64,000 nt of DNA from Methanobacteriota archaeon (GTDB lineage: Archaea; Thermoplasmatota; Thermoplasmata; SG8-5; JAGLSY01), in the NCBI GenBank assembly GCA_020696385.1, contig JAEHCQ010000005.1, positions 122,658 through 186,657 of the forward strand, in the 5' to 3' direction. The notes under the pieces are model-generated. The model did not search any database and was not told where the DNA came from. It was given only the letters and a program-made list of their open reading frames with translations. A program made the position numbers and the translations under genes. Shown one piece after another: positions 36,197 to 47,100 of the stretch. Each line of letters starts with the position of its first letter. Positions within the stretch are counted from its first letter, which is position 1.

Positions 36197-38620
36197 TCAC
36201 TTATTCGTGTTGAAGGCGACTCCATCCTGCAAATTGATGTCACCGCCGCCTTCCCCAATGTTCGACTTGTAGATCACACTGTCCTTAATATCGACATTGT
36301 AGGTGACCTGGGTCACCAGCATCGCCTTTTCCAGCCGGATCGCTCTGTCAATAGATTCAAACTGTCCCTGCAGGAATTTTTCTGCAATATCCGGGTCTAT
36401 GGAATAACCATCGAATCTGAACTCGATGGTGCCATCCTCTTTTCTCCAACCACCGCATAACATCAGGAAACTGAGCGGACTCTTCGTGGGCTTTCCAGCG
36501 TATAGAAGCTGGAAACTGTTCACGTCCTCGTACTTGCCCACGCAATGGAGATTGCTGCAAGCATCGGATAATCGAGATCTGGCCTTCTCTATCGTGATAT
36601 CACTGTACATGATCTGACGCGATGCCCTTGGCAAAGTCTTGATGGACATCATGAATTCATGCTCTCTCATCTCCAGTGGCTCGATGAGCGGCATGATGTT
36701 TCCAGTGTCCACCACGGGCGCGTTTATGCGCCTTTTCTTGCCCATGTGATCGTGATATGAAATGTCAAAGTGTATCTTGGCCTTCATCGCTCTCTTGGCC
36801 TTCATGATGAAGGTTATTGCCTGCGATTCATTGGAACCCAGGTATGGAATATCCCGGACTCGCGAATCTGGCTGTAATAATTCCAGGCCTTCGGGTATGT
36901 CCAGTGTGATAGATACCCGATTGTGAGTGTATGGAGATACGTTATTCAGCTTAAGCTGAACATTGATCTTATCACCATCAATGGTCCTGTCAACCTCGGC
37001 ATCCAGACCTCCTGAACTGGGTCTGAAGCTCTCGCCGTATCTGAAGTACAGGTCCTCGTCACGGACCAGTCTTCCGCCAACTCTGACTTTCATCGGAACC
37101 GTGAAGTCCCCGCCAGAGCCTGCATCCTTCAGGGTCATCTTTCTTTCATGGTATCTTTCCTGACCTGGCATCAGATCGTATTTGAGGTTCAAATCCTTAT
37201 CACAGGTGAATAATTCACCCGCGCCCACGTAATCGACAACGATATTCTTCCATGGAAGATCCGAATTGTTCTTCACTGTCGATCGGAGATCAAGCTGATT
37301 GCCATTCCAGTCCCATGATGTGGTGATCTCCAGATCATTGATCTCCTCATAAAATTCCTGTATCTTGTTCTTGTCGCTGATGAATTCAAGGTGAATGTAA
37401 GGCTCTCTGGGCTTATCCGGATTATAGACCAGCCAGATATCGTCCCCGTCCTGAAGTTTTTTGAATTTACCGGAAATTACACGAGCCTTGTTCAGGAAAG
37501 TTCCATTGTGACTGTCGCAATCGGTTATCACCCAGTCCCCGCTTCCCGCGGCATTCATGATCTCCGCGTGTTTCGGGCTGGACACGTATTTCGCAGGCAG
37601 GTATACATCATTCTGCGGTGACTTGCCGATCCTGTTCTTCGATTTTTCCAGAAAGAACACCGTCCCGGGCTTCACACTAGGGTCCTGGCTGTTTATCACT
37701 TTGATGAGCGGTTTGAATCGAATTATATCCTCGATACCGGACAGCGTGACCTCCACATCCCTCAATCTGAATCTCAATTGAGGGTGGCGCTGGGTACTCC
37801 CCTGTATCAGGTTGCTGAATATACTAGCTCTGCGAAGACTGAGATAATCCTTGTCATTTGCCAGGAATGGTGGGGATGAGCTGGATAGGAGGAAATACAA
37901 TGTCGCGCCCAATGAGAAGATATCATTGGCCTTCGTGGGCTTTGTCCTCGCCATGACTTTTCCGGGCGGAGGTGGGGGAGGGAAATTATGGTTATTGTTG
38001 CTATGTCCAGGAGGTGGTGGTGGGAATCTGGAATTGTTATTGTGATTATTGTGACCACCATTCTGTGAAAGCTCTGGTGGTGTGTATGAGCCATGGGACA
38101 CATTGGCAGTCACGAGCTCATCATGATGGACATTATAGGCAGTTCCGAAGTCAATGAGAATGGGTACCTTGTTCGGGCCCAGCAGGATATTTTTTGGGCA
38201 AATATCCCTGTGGATTATTCCCTCACCATGCATGTATGATATGACATCGCACAGTCTTTTCAAAATGTCCAGGGCTTCCTCATTGGTCGCTTTACAGCAA
38301 TCATACACCTCTGCCAGGCTCTTTCCCTCGACATAATTCATCACAAGACCATTGCTCTTGTGAATGTACTCCACGAACTTCACGATCTGGGGATGATCCA
38401 GCATGGCCATGACATTGGCTTCCTGCCTGATGGAATCACAATATAGATCATACTTATGCTTGACATCATGCTTTGGGAGTTTCAGGACCAGCTTATCATC
38501 ACTGCCCACGGCCTTGACAACATATAGTATGCTCATGCCGCCGCGACCCAGCTCGCGCTCGACCACGTATCTTTCCTCTACGATGTCGCCTTTGGACAGA
38601 ACTCTCGAACCATATAGCAC
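36197..38620 (-). CDS. Hanks-type Ser/Thr protein kinase + FHA + two beta-sandwich domains + alpha/beta platform-like domain
   Basis: LGRGGMS, VLK, HRDICPKN, DFG, YTPPE, DIFSLG; FHA IGKS...VSSPKHA...DCDSHNGTFLN. Confidence 0.9.
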   Translation of the reverse strand: MLYGSRVLSKGDIVEERYVVERELGRGGMSILYVVKAVGSDDKLVLKLPKHDVKHKYDLYCDSIRQEANVMAMLDHPQIVKFVEYIHKSNGLVMNYVEGKSLAEVYDCCKATNEEALDILKRLCDVISYMHGEGIIHRDICPKNILLGPNKVPILIDFGTAYNVHHDELVTANVSHGSYTPPELSQNGGHNNHNNNSRFPPPPPGHSNNNHNFPPPPPPGKVMARTKPTKANDIFSLGATLYFLLSSSSPPFLANDKDYLSLRRASIFSNLIQGSTQRHPQLRFRLRDVEVTLSGIEDIIRFKPLIKVINSQDPSVKPGTVFFLEKSKNRIGKSPQNDVYLPAKYVSSPKHAEIMNAAGSGDWVITDCDSHNGTFLNKARVISGKFKKLQDGDDIWLVYNPDKPREPYIHLEFISDKNKIQEFYEEINDLEITTSWDWNGNQLDLRSTVKNNSDLPWKNIVVDYVGAGELFTCDKDLNLKYDLMPGQERYHERKMTLKDAGSGGDFTVPMKVRVGGRLVRDEDLYFRYGESFRPSSGGLDAEVDRTIDGDKINVQLKLNNVSPYTHNRVSITLDIPEGLELLQPDSRVRDIPYLGSNESQAITFIMKAKRAMKAKIHFDISYHDHMGKKRRINAPVVDTGNIMPLIEPLEMREHEFMMSIKTLPRASRQIMYSDITIEKARSRLSDACSNLHCVGKYEDVNSFQLLYAGKPTKSPLSFLMLCGGWRKEDGTIEFRFDGYSIDPDIAEKFLQGQFESIDRAIRLEKAMLVTQVTYNVDIKDSVIYKSNIGEGGGDINLQDGVAFNTNK

Positions 38621-38735
38621 GATTACCAGTATATCGGATGATAATTAATAACTTACTGATAGACTTGACCACCGCCTCAGGACTAAATATCAAACATCAC
38701 AAAACAATAAGACATTGAAGGCCCATCAGCCTTCA

Positions 38736-39032
38736 ATGGAGCTGGAGACGAATATCATACTTGGATATCTGGGACTCATCAATCTGATCGCCCTGATCAT
38801 GTTCGGCATTGACAAATCAAAGGCCAAACGGGGTGGCAGAAGGATATCGGAGGCTGGCCTTTTCATGATATCGCTGGTAGGTGGGGCTTTCGGTGGTCTG
38901 CTGGGAATAGTGCTATTCCGACATAAGACCAGGAAGCTGGGTTTCAAGGCCATCATGTTCATAATTGTTTTAATCAATATTTATTTATATTATTGGCTTT
39001 ATACTAATTATATTATAGAAATTGCAATATAA
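38736..39032 (+). CDS. DUF1294-family membrane protein
   Basis: FGIDKSKA..GGRRISE, GGAFG, FRHKTRK. Confidence 0.85.
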   Translation: MELETNIILGYLGLINLIALIMFGIDKSKAKRGGRRISEAGLFMISLVGGAFGGLLGIVLFRHKTRKLGFKAIMFIIVLINIYLYYWLYTNYIIEIAI

Positions 39033-39143
39033 AAATTATAATATAATTGATATGCAATAATTATATACACCGCGTTGGTAAAAAGGATCTATGATACATA
39101 TATTAGATATCAGACCTGCCAATATTAGCCATACGTCAAAAAT

Positions 39144-39199
39144 ACGCCATTAATACGTTTAAAGTACATTAAAAATACATAATTACGTATTAATGGTGT
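39144..39199. repeat. 15-bp inverted repeat (14/15 match), 26-nt spacer
   Basis: ACGCCATTAATACGT (39144-39158) ... ACGTATTAATGGTGT (39185-39199). Confidence 0.7.
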
Positions 39200-39259
39200 T
39201 TTATCCCACATACCATAGCAAGCAAATCATTTAAATCATGCCCACACATATAGTCAAAC

Positions 39260-39814
39260 ATGGACGGTAACTGCAAGGGCGCGATCTATCGTGGAAATAT
39301 AGAATACGTCACCCGAAAGTTCGGTAAACAGGGCATTCAGCAATTGATGGATGACATGAAGAAGCATGGCCATAAGCTGGAACTTGACAATCTGAAGGAT
39401 GGTCTTTGGTATCCATTAGATGCCAGAATGCAATTTCTCCGCTCCTCAGTTGAATTGTTCGAGATCGATGACGAACAATTGATCGAACTGGGTAAGTCGG
39501 GCTTCAAAACATCCACCATCGCCCAATTCTATCTGAAACTGGCAGGCACACCCAAGAAAATATTCGAGATGGGACCCAATATCTGGAAGCACAATTATGA
39601 TGTCGGAGTTCTAAAGACAGAATATGGAGGAAATAAAGGCTCGTATTTCAGAGTGATGGATTTCGATGCGCCACCCATATTCTTCCAGTACCTTATTGGG
39701 TATTATACCGCGGCCTTCGTGCAAGTGGGTGTGAAGGACATCATTGTCACACACGAGACCATTGAAAAAGATGGGAAGCCATGCCAAGAGTACCTTATAA
39801 AGTGGAATGATTGA
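39260..39814 (+). CDS. DUF2378/HNOB-V4R-like ligand-binding protein
   Basis: KG...EYV..KFG, LWYP, W...YDVG, C-terminal CQEYLIKW pattern. Confidence 0.5.
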   Translation: MDGNCKGAIYRGNIEYVTRKFGKQGIQQLMDDMKKHGHKLELDNLKDGLWYPLDARMQFLRSSVELFEIDDEQLIELGKSGFKTSTIAQFYLKLAGTPKKIFEMGPNIWKHNYDVGVLKTEYGGNKGSYFRVMDFDAPPIFFQYLIGYYTAAFVQVGVKDIIVTHETIEKDGKPCQEYLIKWND

Positions 39815-39818
39815 TCTC

Positions 39819-39953
39819 TTATACCTGATCCTTATCGAACCGATCACTGGCTACCTTCACCCTCAGCATATCGGGGTAATCCGCGCTTCCGCTGAATTTA
39901 CGGAAGCGCAGCCCTGGGATGTCAGGCATATCATCCACCACTATCTCGGTCAT
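39819..39953 (-). pseudogene. Truncated N-terminal fragment resembling a GNAT acetyltransferase
   Basis: MTEIVVDDMPDIPGLRFRKFSGSADYPDMLRV...; only 44 codons; TTTATTA ~25 nt upstream. Confidence 0.4.
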
Positions 39954-40041
39954 GCATTAAGAGTGAATGGGAAACCACTAATAAATTTTGGCTAAACCTC
40001 AGGCCAAAAGTTATTATGCATTCCTTTATTGGCTATTCTTG

Positions 40042-40092
40042 ATGGATACCGTCACTATACTACTGATAGCCATAATCATCATGTTCTTCGGC
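40042..40092 (+). pseudogene. Duplicated 5' remnant of the tauE-like gene
   Basis: MDTVTILLIAIIIMFFG vs MEPVVILLIAIIIMFFA at 40224; similarity also visible in DNA. Confidence 0.65.
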
Positions 40093-40223
40093 GTTTTTTT
40101 CTTTTATCCCTCGCTGTGCTGGCCCACCTTCCAAAAGAAAAAAATGCGGTTAAATAAGAAAACTCAGGTAGGCCTGCTCGCTCGGCAGTTGATTTTTATC
40201 AAATGTAGACATTGGGAGGTCGC

Positions 40224-40967
40224 ATGGAACCTGTTGTGATACTATTGATAGCCATTATCATCATGTTCTTCGCAGGCATGATGCAGGGCCTAGCCGGGTT
40301 TGGATTTTCCCTGGTATCAGTTCCAATATTGATCATGCTGGTGGAACCCACGATGATGGCTCCCATGATCATCATCCATTCGATCGTGATCAATTTCGTG
40401 CTCTTCATGAAGATCAGGCAGGATGCGGAACTGAAGCGCATCTGGCCCCTCATAGCCGCTGGAATTGCAGGACTTCCATTTGGCGTCCTGCTTTTGCTGG
40501 CCATCGAACCACAGAGCTTCAAGTTGATCATCGGAGTGTTCATCGTTCTCTTTGGTATCGCCTATTTGAAGGATTTCAAAAAGGAGCTGAAGAATGAGAA
40601 ACTCACTTTCCTGCCAGTGGGTTTCATAAGTGGTGTCCTCAATAGTTCGATAACTCTTTCAGGACCTCCAGTCATTTTCTGCCTGACCAATCAGGGCGTG
40701 GAGAAGAAGATATTCCGCGCCAATATGATATCATATTTCTTATTTCTGAACCTGGCTACAATTCCTTTCTTTATTTGGAAAGGGATTTTCACCATAGATG
40801 TCGTGAATTTCTCCATGACTTTGTTGCCTGGCATGATATTCGGAGCATTTATCGGTTCCATCCTCGTGACAAAGGTATGTGAAAGAACCTTCAGGAATAT
40901 CGCACTCATCGTGACCATAGGCTCGGGTGTCCTGTCGATAATAACTGGATTGGGCATATTTGGATAA
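40224..40967 (+). CDS. Sulfite exporter TauE/SafE family
   Basis: QGLAGFGFSL, GLPFG, SGPP; GGAGGT RBS. Confidence 0.85.
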   Translation: MEPVVILLIAIIIMFFAGMMQGLAGFGFSLVSVPILIMLVEPTMMAPMIIIHSIVINFVLFMKIRQDAELKRIWPLIAAGIAGLPFGVLLLLAIEPQSFKLIIGVFIVLFGIAYLKDFKKELKNEKLTFLPVGFISGVLNSSITLSGPPVIFCLTNQGVEKKIFRANMISYFLFLNLATIPFFIWKGIFTIDVVNFSMTLLPGMIFGAFIGSILVTKVCERTFRNIALIVTIGSGVLSIITGLGIFG

Positions 40968-41172
40968 AAGTGGTCTTTAGTTAGTATCAATATTTGACAT
41001 ATTTACAATATCATAATTCACTTTAGTCTGGCTTTAAACATTAATTATTGAAAGATCAACTGTCGATGCCCTTCCTATGTAGGCAAAACGTTTATATTAT
41101 AGTGTACATTGAATCTTAACAATGGTTACTAACAATAGTTAACCCGCGTCAATAATTCAAAACCTGTAAAAT

Positions 41173-44100
41173 ATGGAGGAGAAAAGCATGAAAAGATCGA
41201 TTGCAATAATTTTAGCAATAATAATGACAGCTACTAGTATGATCGCGGCTACGAACGTAGTCTCTGCGAATACTGGCGATCCTGTTGAACTACCACCTGG
41301 CAGTGGATATTGGGAAACTGCCGGAGATTGGTTCGTGGATACGTCAACTTCGTTTAGCAATGTGGAAATATGGGTTCAGGGAGACCTGACTGTAAATGGG
41401 GCCTCTGCCTTATTGACCCTCACCAACTGCCTTATCACCATAGAAGGTGACCTGATAATTGAGAACGCGGGAACCCTGACACTCAGGGGCACCGAGGTTC
41501 GAATATTACAGCCTGGCCTTGTTGATGGTGTGTATAATATCTATGTCAGGACCGGTGGAGTCTTCACCGCAACAGACATTGACGGTATACCATCCACTGA
41601 TGATGGCTCACTCATCACTGCCGTAGGCACCACTTATGAATACGATTTCACTGTAGAGACCAATGCTGGTGCTTTCAGCCTTGTGAACTCCGAGATATCA
41701 CAGTGTGGATACAATGATGCAAATCCGGGTCTCACCATCGAGATCAATAATGTCTTGATGAGAGATTCACACATATTTGATTCATACAATGGTACGACCT
41801 TCGATGGTGCAACACTCACATCGATATATCTCAAGAACATGAAATATGAAGATAATGTCAATGGAGTGGCAGTGCATCATGGTGCTGTTGTCACATTTGA
41901 TGATTCCTGGTTGCACAGCTCTTCGACCTATGAGGTGGCTGTGATCGATTCAGATGTCTATATCTATGACACCACTATAGATTCAGATCATGACTCTGAG
42001 AGAGGAATTTGGCTATACAACAATGGAACTGCAAATATCTACAATTCAAGGATCATGGATGCCAATGATTACAATATATATGTGCAATATTACTCATACC
42101 TGAACATCCAGGACTCGAACGTATTCTCTGCATCAGATGATGGTATATACATCGACGATTGGTCAGACGCAGATATATCCAATAATGAAATATTCAGCAA
42201 TACAGATGCGAACATCTATCTGGATGATTTCTCAACTGCCGAGATCTTCAATAATGACCTATTCGCAAATGGCAATAGTGACGAAGGTGTTTGGGTAAAT
42301 GATGGTTCCTATGCCAACATATATAATAATAAGATATGGGACAATGGTGAAGAAGGTATTCAGGTAGAGGATGCAAATGCATCTATAACGAATAACTGGA
42401 TATACTCCAATAACTGGGATGGAATTTATCTCAATGATGCTGATGAATGTTATATTGCAGATAATGAGATAATTGAAAATGCCGCAAGCACAACTTATGC
42501 TGGTATTCAGGTCGATGGGGGTTCCATGTGGAATGATATAGAGAACAATCTCATCCAGGAATCTTACTACTACAATATACGCCTTGAGGGAAATTCCCAC
42601 AACAACACCTTCTCTGATAACATGATCTATGACATCACAAGTACTGGAAGCACATACGCTGGTGTGTACATTAATGGAGCAGGAACAAGGGACAATACCT
42701 TTGATTCCAATGCCATAAATATGAATTATTATGGTATCTATATGATCAATTCTCCATACAACTACTTTGTCGACAATAACATAGACCTCAATGATTACAG
42801 AGGTGTGTATCTGAACAATGCGGATTTCAACCTATTCGAGTACAATACGATCACAAGGAGTGGAAATGGTGGAGCCAACCACGGTCTTTACATAGAGCAG
42901 ACCTCTGGAGACAATGAATTCTATTACAACTCATTATCCAACAGGGTGAATATTCTTTGTAACAATGGAACTGTTGTGGACAATACCGAATTCGACTACA
43001 ACTACTATTCGGATTACACCGGATTCGACACTACAGCTGACTGGATAGGCGATACAGGAGACTATACAATTCCTGGAACAACAATGCATTACGACGCTCA
43101 CCCACAGACAAAGATCAGCCCCACTGGCGGCAATGCCACTACATATGCAAGTATCGGAACCTCATTGAATATCGACACTTCAAGGGACATACACCTGCCT
43201 GCTCAAACACCAAATGCAGGAAGCAGGACAATACCACAGGTCGGTATCTGGTATGAATACAACCTCTACATGAATGATGATGATAACCCGAATAATGACA
43301 ATGTCTACTTTCACGGCGATGGCCCAGATAGATCCTTCGTTGATGGATATCACGCTGGCAATGTCTTTGAGTTCGAGGATTGCGATTATATCAGATTCGA
43401 CAGCCTGAGCATTGACAATGGTAGTGGAGACGGTATCTACTGGGAATTCTACGAGGGCGAAGATGTTCAGATCTGGGATACAGATTATAACCTGAATCCA
43501 CAGATAGACATCACCAACTGTGAGTTCGAAAGCAGTGGAAGCGACGGTATCGAGATAGGGGAGTTCGATAATTATGGATTCCAGTACCTGTCAGATACAG
43601 GCGACGCATTCCAGCCAGTGAATGTCTTTGACCTATTGGGCAACCAGCACATATTCTGGGTAGACCCATGGGATGACAATGGTGCCCAGATATGGTACAT
43701 GATGACTGATCTGAATGGTAATGTCCTCATTAATGGAACAGCGATCACGCCTTACAACAATGATTATGACTTAAAGAGGCCGATCCCACTTGTGGACTCC
43801 CAGAACCATATAAATCTAGTATGGAAAGATGACAGGTTCACACACGAATCTATTGACACAGCACATGACCTGTTCTTCATGAGATTGAACCCATACCTGG
43901 ATGACCGTGATGGTAGCCCGGCAAACCCGGATGTGATCAAGGTCGTTTATGACACACAGATAATCACCTTCCCATTGGACGATGATGGATATATCAGCTA
44001 CGAGAACGAGCTGCAGATGGCCGGAGCGGACATTGACAGCGATGACAATATCCATTTGTTCTGGTGTGAAGAGGACATCGAGGATTGGTTATACTACAAT

Positions 44101-47100
44101 AAGATAGACCGAAACGGAAACACCCTCATTGGTCCAAATGAGCTCATATTCTATGACGGCAACACTGCAAATTCCAATGCACGTCCAGACCTGACAGTTG
44201 ACAATAATGACAACCTGCATTTGGTATGGACTGATGAGTACTTGACTGGCGGTGACGACAATGACGGAGATGATGAATTATTCTACGCCATGTTGGACAA
44301 GTTCGGTAATAAGCTCATTGACAGGACCATGATCTCCAATGATGATGATTATGTATCTCAGAGAGGTCAGGTAATGGTAGACTCGCAGAACATCGTGCAT
44401 GTTGTATGGAATGACAATGGAAATGACAATGATGGCCCAGAGGTCATGTACACCAAATTCAACCCATACGTGGATGACATGGACGGCGACAGGGCGATGA
44501 TGGCAAACATGAGGCTGGTCCCGAACAAGTACATATCTGGATATGGTGTCAACACAGACGATGAGAAATCCCGACATCCATATACAGCAATGGACTCCAA
44601 TGACGAGATCCATGTGGTATGGCATGAAAAGGACAGAGATTATGAAGTGACATATGCCAAACTGGACAATGATGGAAACATTTTGGATCGATTCGACATA
44701 ACACCGTATGATCTGATCGACGATCCAACATATGGCGATGAACACAAGATAGCTGTTGATCAGAACAATATGCCACACATTGTCTGGGGAGATGACTCCA
44801 ACTATGATATCGCGTACTACAACCCATACAATACCATGTACGGTTCCCTTACCATGAACATCAATGACTGTAACTTCATTGACCAGACTACAGATGGTAT
44901 CTACATAGATGAGACATATTTCATTGATCTGAACTTGAACATCAACAATTGTCTTTTCGAGGACAATGATGATGATGGAATTGAATTGGATTGGATCGTT
45001 CAGAGAGAACACGAAACATCTACCATAAACATCCAGAACAGTGTATTCATCGATGATGATGTATCAACAGACACTGGTATCTACATCAACAATATCGAAG
45101 GTGGAGACGCTGTAGTGAACATAAGGAACAATGAATTCTACGGCGATGATCAGATGGATGCCATATACTGGGATTATACCAATGATGATGCAGAAGATGA
45201 TTCAGCAGATATACCAATTGGCTTTGTGTGGTTGAATGTGGAGGACAATTACTTCTACGAGTGTGATTATGGTCTGTACATATACGAATTCTACTTCACG
45301 GACTACCTCATAAACTTCAACTACAATGTCATGGAATTGATAGATGATGAGGCCATATATGTTGACTACTTCGAGTCAAGTGCAGGAACCTTCAATATCA
45401 TAGGAAATGATTTGAATCAAGTGGACGACGGTTTCTACTTTGACTATCCAGCATACTTCGATGATGCGCACGATATGGGTTATACCGAGGCCATGATGAG
45501 GCCGACATATCTGAACTTCATCGACAATACCATGTTGGGTGTGGAATACTACGGAATATATGTCTATGAGAACTACTACGCACCATTATATGTGAACATC
45601 GACAACTGTCACATCGAAGGAACTGGAGATGATTTCAGTAGTTTCTATGGTATTTACATCGAATACGCCTACTATGCCCCTATCCACGTGGATATAAATA
45701 ACTCGTACATCGCACACGGATACTATGGTTACTACATGTATGAAGAAGACTACACCTATATGACGACAAACATTGAGAACACTGTTTTCGACGATGTCTA
45801 TTACGGTCTATACATGGAATATCCAGCATACTATGAATATCACAAGCTCACTATGACGGATGTGGATATAAATGTCTGTTATGATGGAACTGGTATTGAG
45901 ATATACTATGCCTGCGATGATGATGGAGCCGTATTCGATATGATACTGGACAATGTGAACATCCACGCCTACGAAGGATATTCCTGGTACGGCGATGAGT
46001 ATGATTACTACGACTACGGAATCTATTTCGATGAGTTCGATAATGGAAGAACCTATCTGACAATGACGGACTGTGACATCACCGGCTATGGTTCTGGTGG
46101 TGTTTATGCAGAGAATTTCTACAGCGCGGGAACCCTATCTGCCTGGATATACGATTGTAACTTCGAGGATTTCCCAGGCGAGTTCGCACCTTCAGTCTAC
46201 ATAGATGCAGATGGTGATGAAGGCGGTGCAGTGGTATATTTGATCAGCTGTGATGGTGACCAGACCTACTACATCTATGATGACGATGCCTACTACACAA
46301 ACTATGGTCAGTACTGGGACTCGTACATCTACGAGGGCTGGTGGCTGGACGTGGAAGTTCTAACCGGACAATACCTGAACATGGCTGCCGAGAATGTTGA
46401 CATCAGTGTCTATGACACCGATGGCAGCTACATAACTGGTGGCTTGACGGATGGAACTGGCTGGGTCGTTGACATGATCGCATACGAGATGGTTCTTTGG
46501 TCCAATGGTATCGAGCAAAACAATCCGTTCACCATTGTCGCAGATAATGGTGCAGTAACCGCATCTGCTGTTGTTGATATATACGCCGACACACAGGTCA
46601 CATTGACATTGACCGGAGACTGGGACGCGGATGGTCAGAACGACCTGATCGACCCGGATGACGACAATGACGGTGTCACGGATGTGAATGACGCATTCCC
46701 ACAAGACCCTGCAGAGTCTGCGGATTCCGACGGTGATGGTATTGGAGACAATGCGGATCTGGACGATGACATGGACGAAGACGGAATACCAGATGCTTCC
46801 GACTGGGACATCGATGGAGATCAAGTTGGAAACGACAATGATGCTTTCCCATACGATGGAACAGAATGGAATGACATGGACGGAGACGGTATCGGAGACA
46901 ATACCGATGCCGACATTGATGGCGATGGCTTCAATAACACAGCCCCAGTCAACGAGACAATTCCGGATGACTTCCCATATGATGGATCCGAATGGAGTGA
47001 CATGGACGGAGACGGAGTTGGAGACAACTCTGACTGGGACATGGATGGCGACTTGATCGGAAATGATCAGGACGAATTCCCCGCAGACCCGACCGAATCA

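Noticed and set aside
39807-40239. Plus-strand ORFs 39807-39995 and 39988-40239 as real genes
   Set aside because: Better explained as the antisense of a GNAT-like stub and as read-through from the duplicated tauE 5' end.
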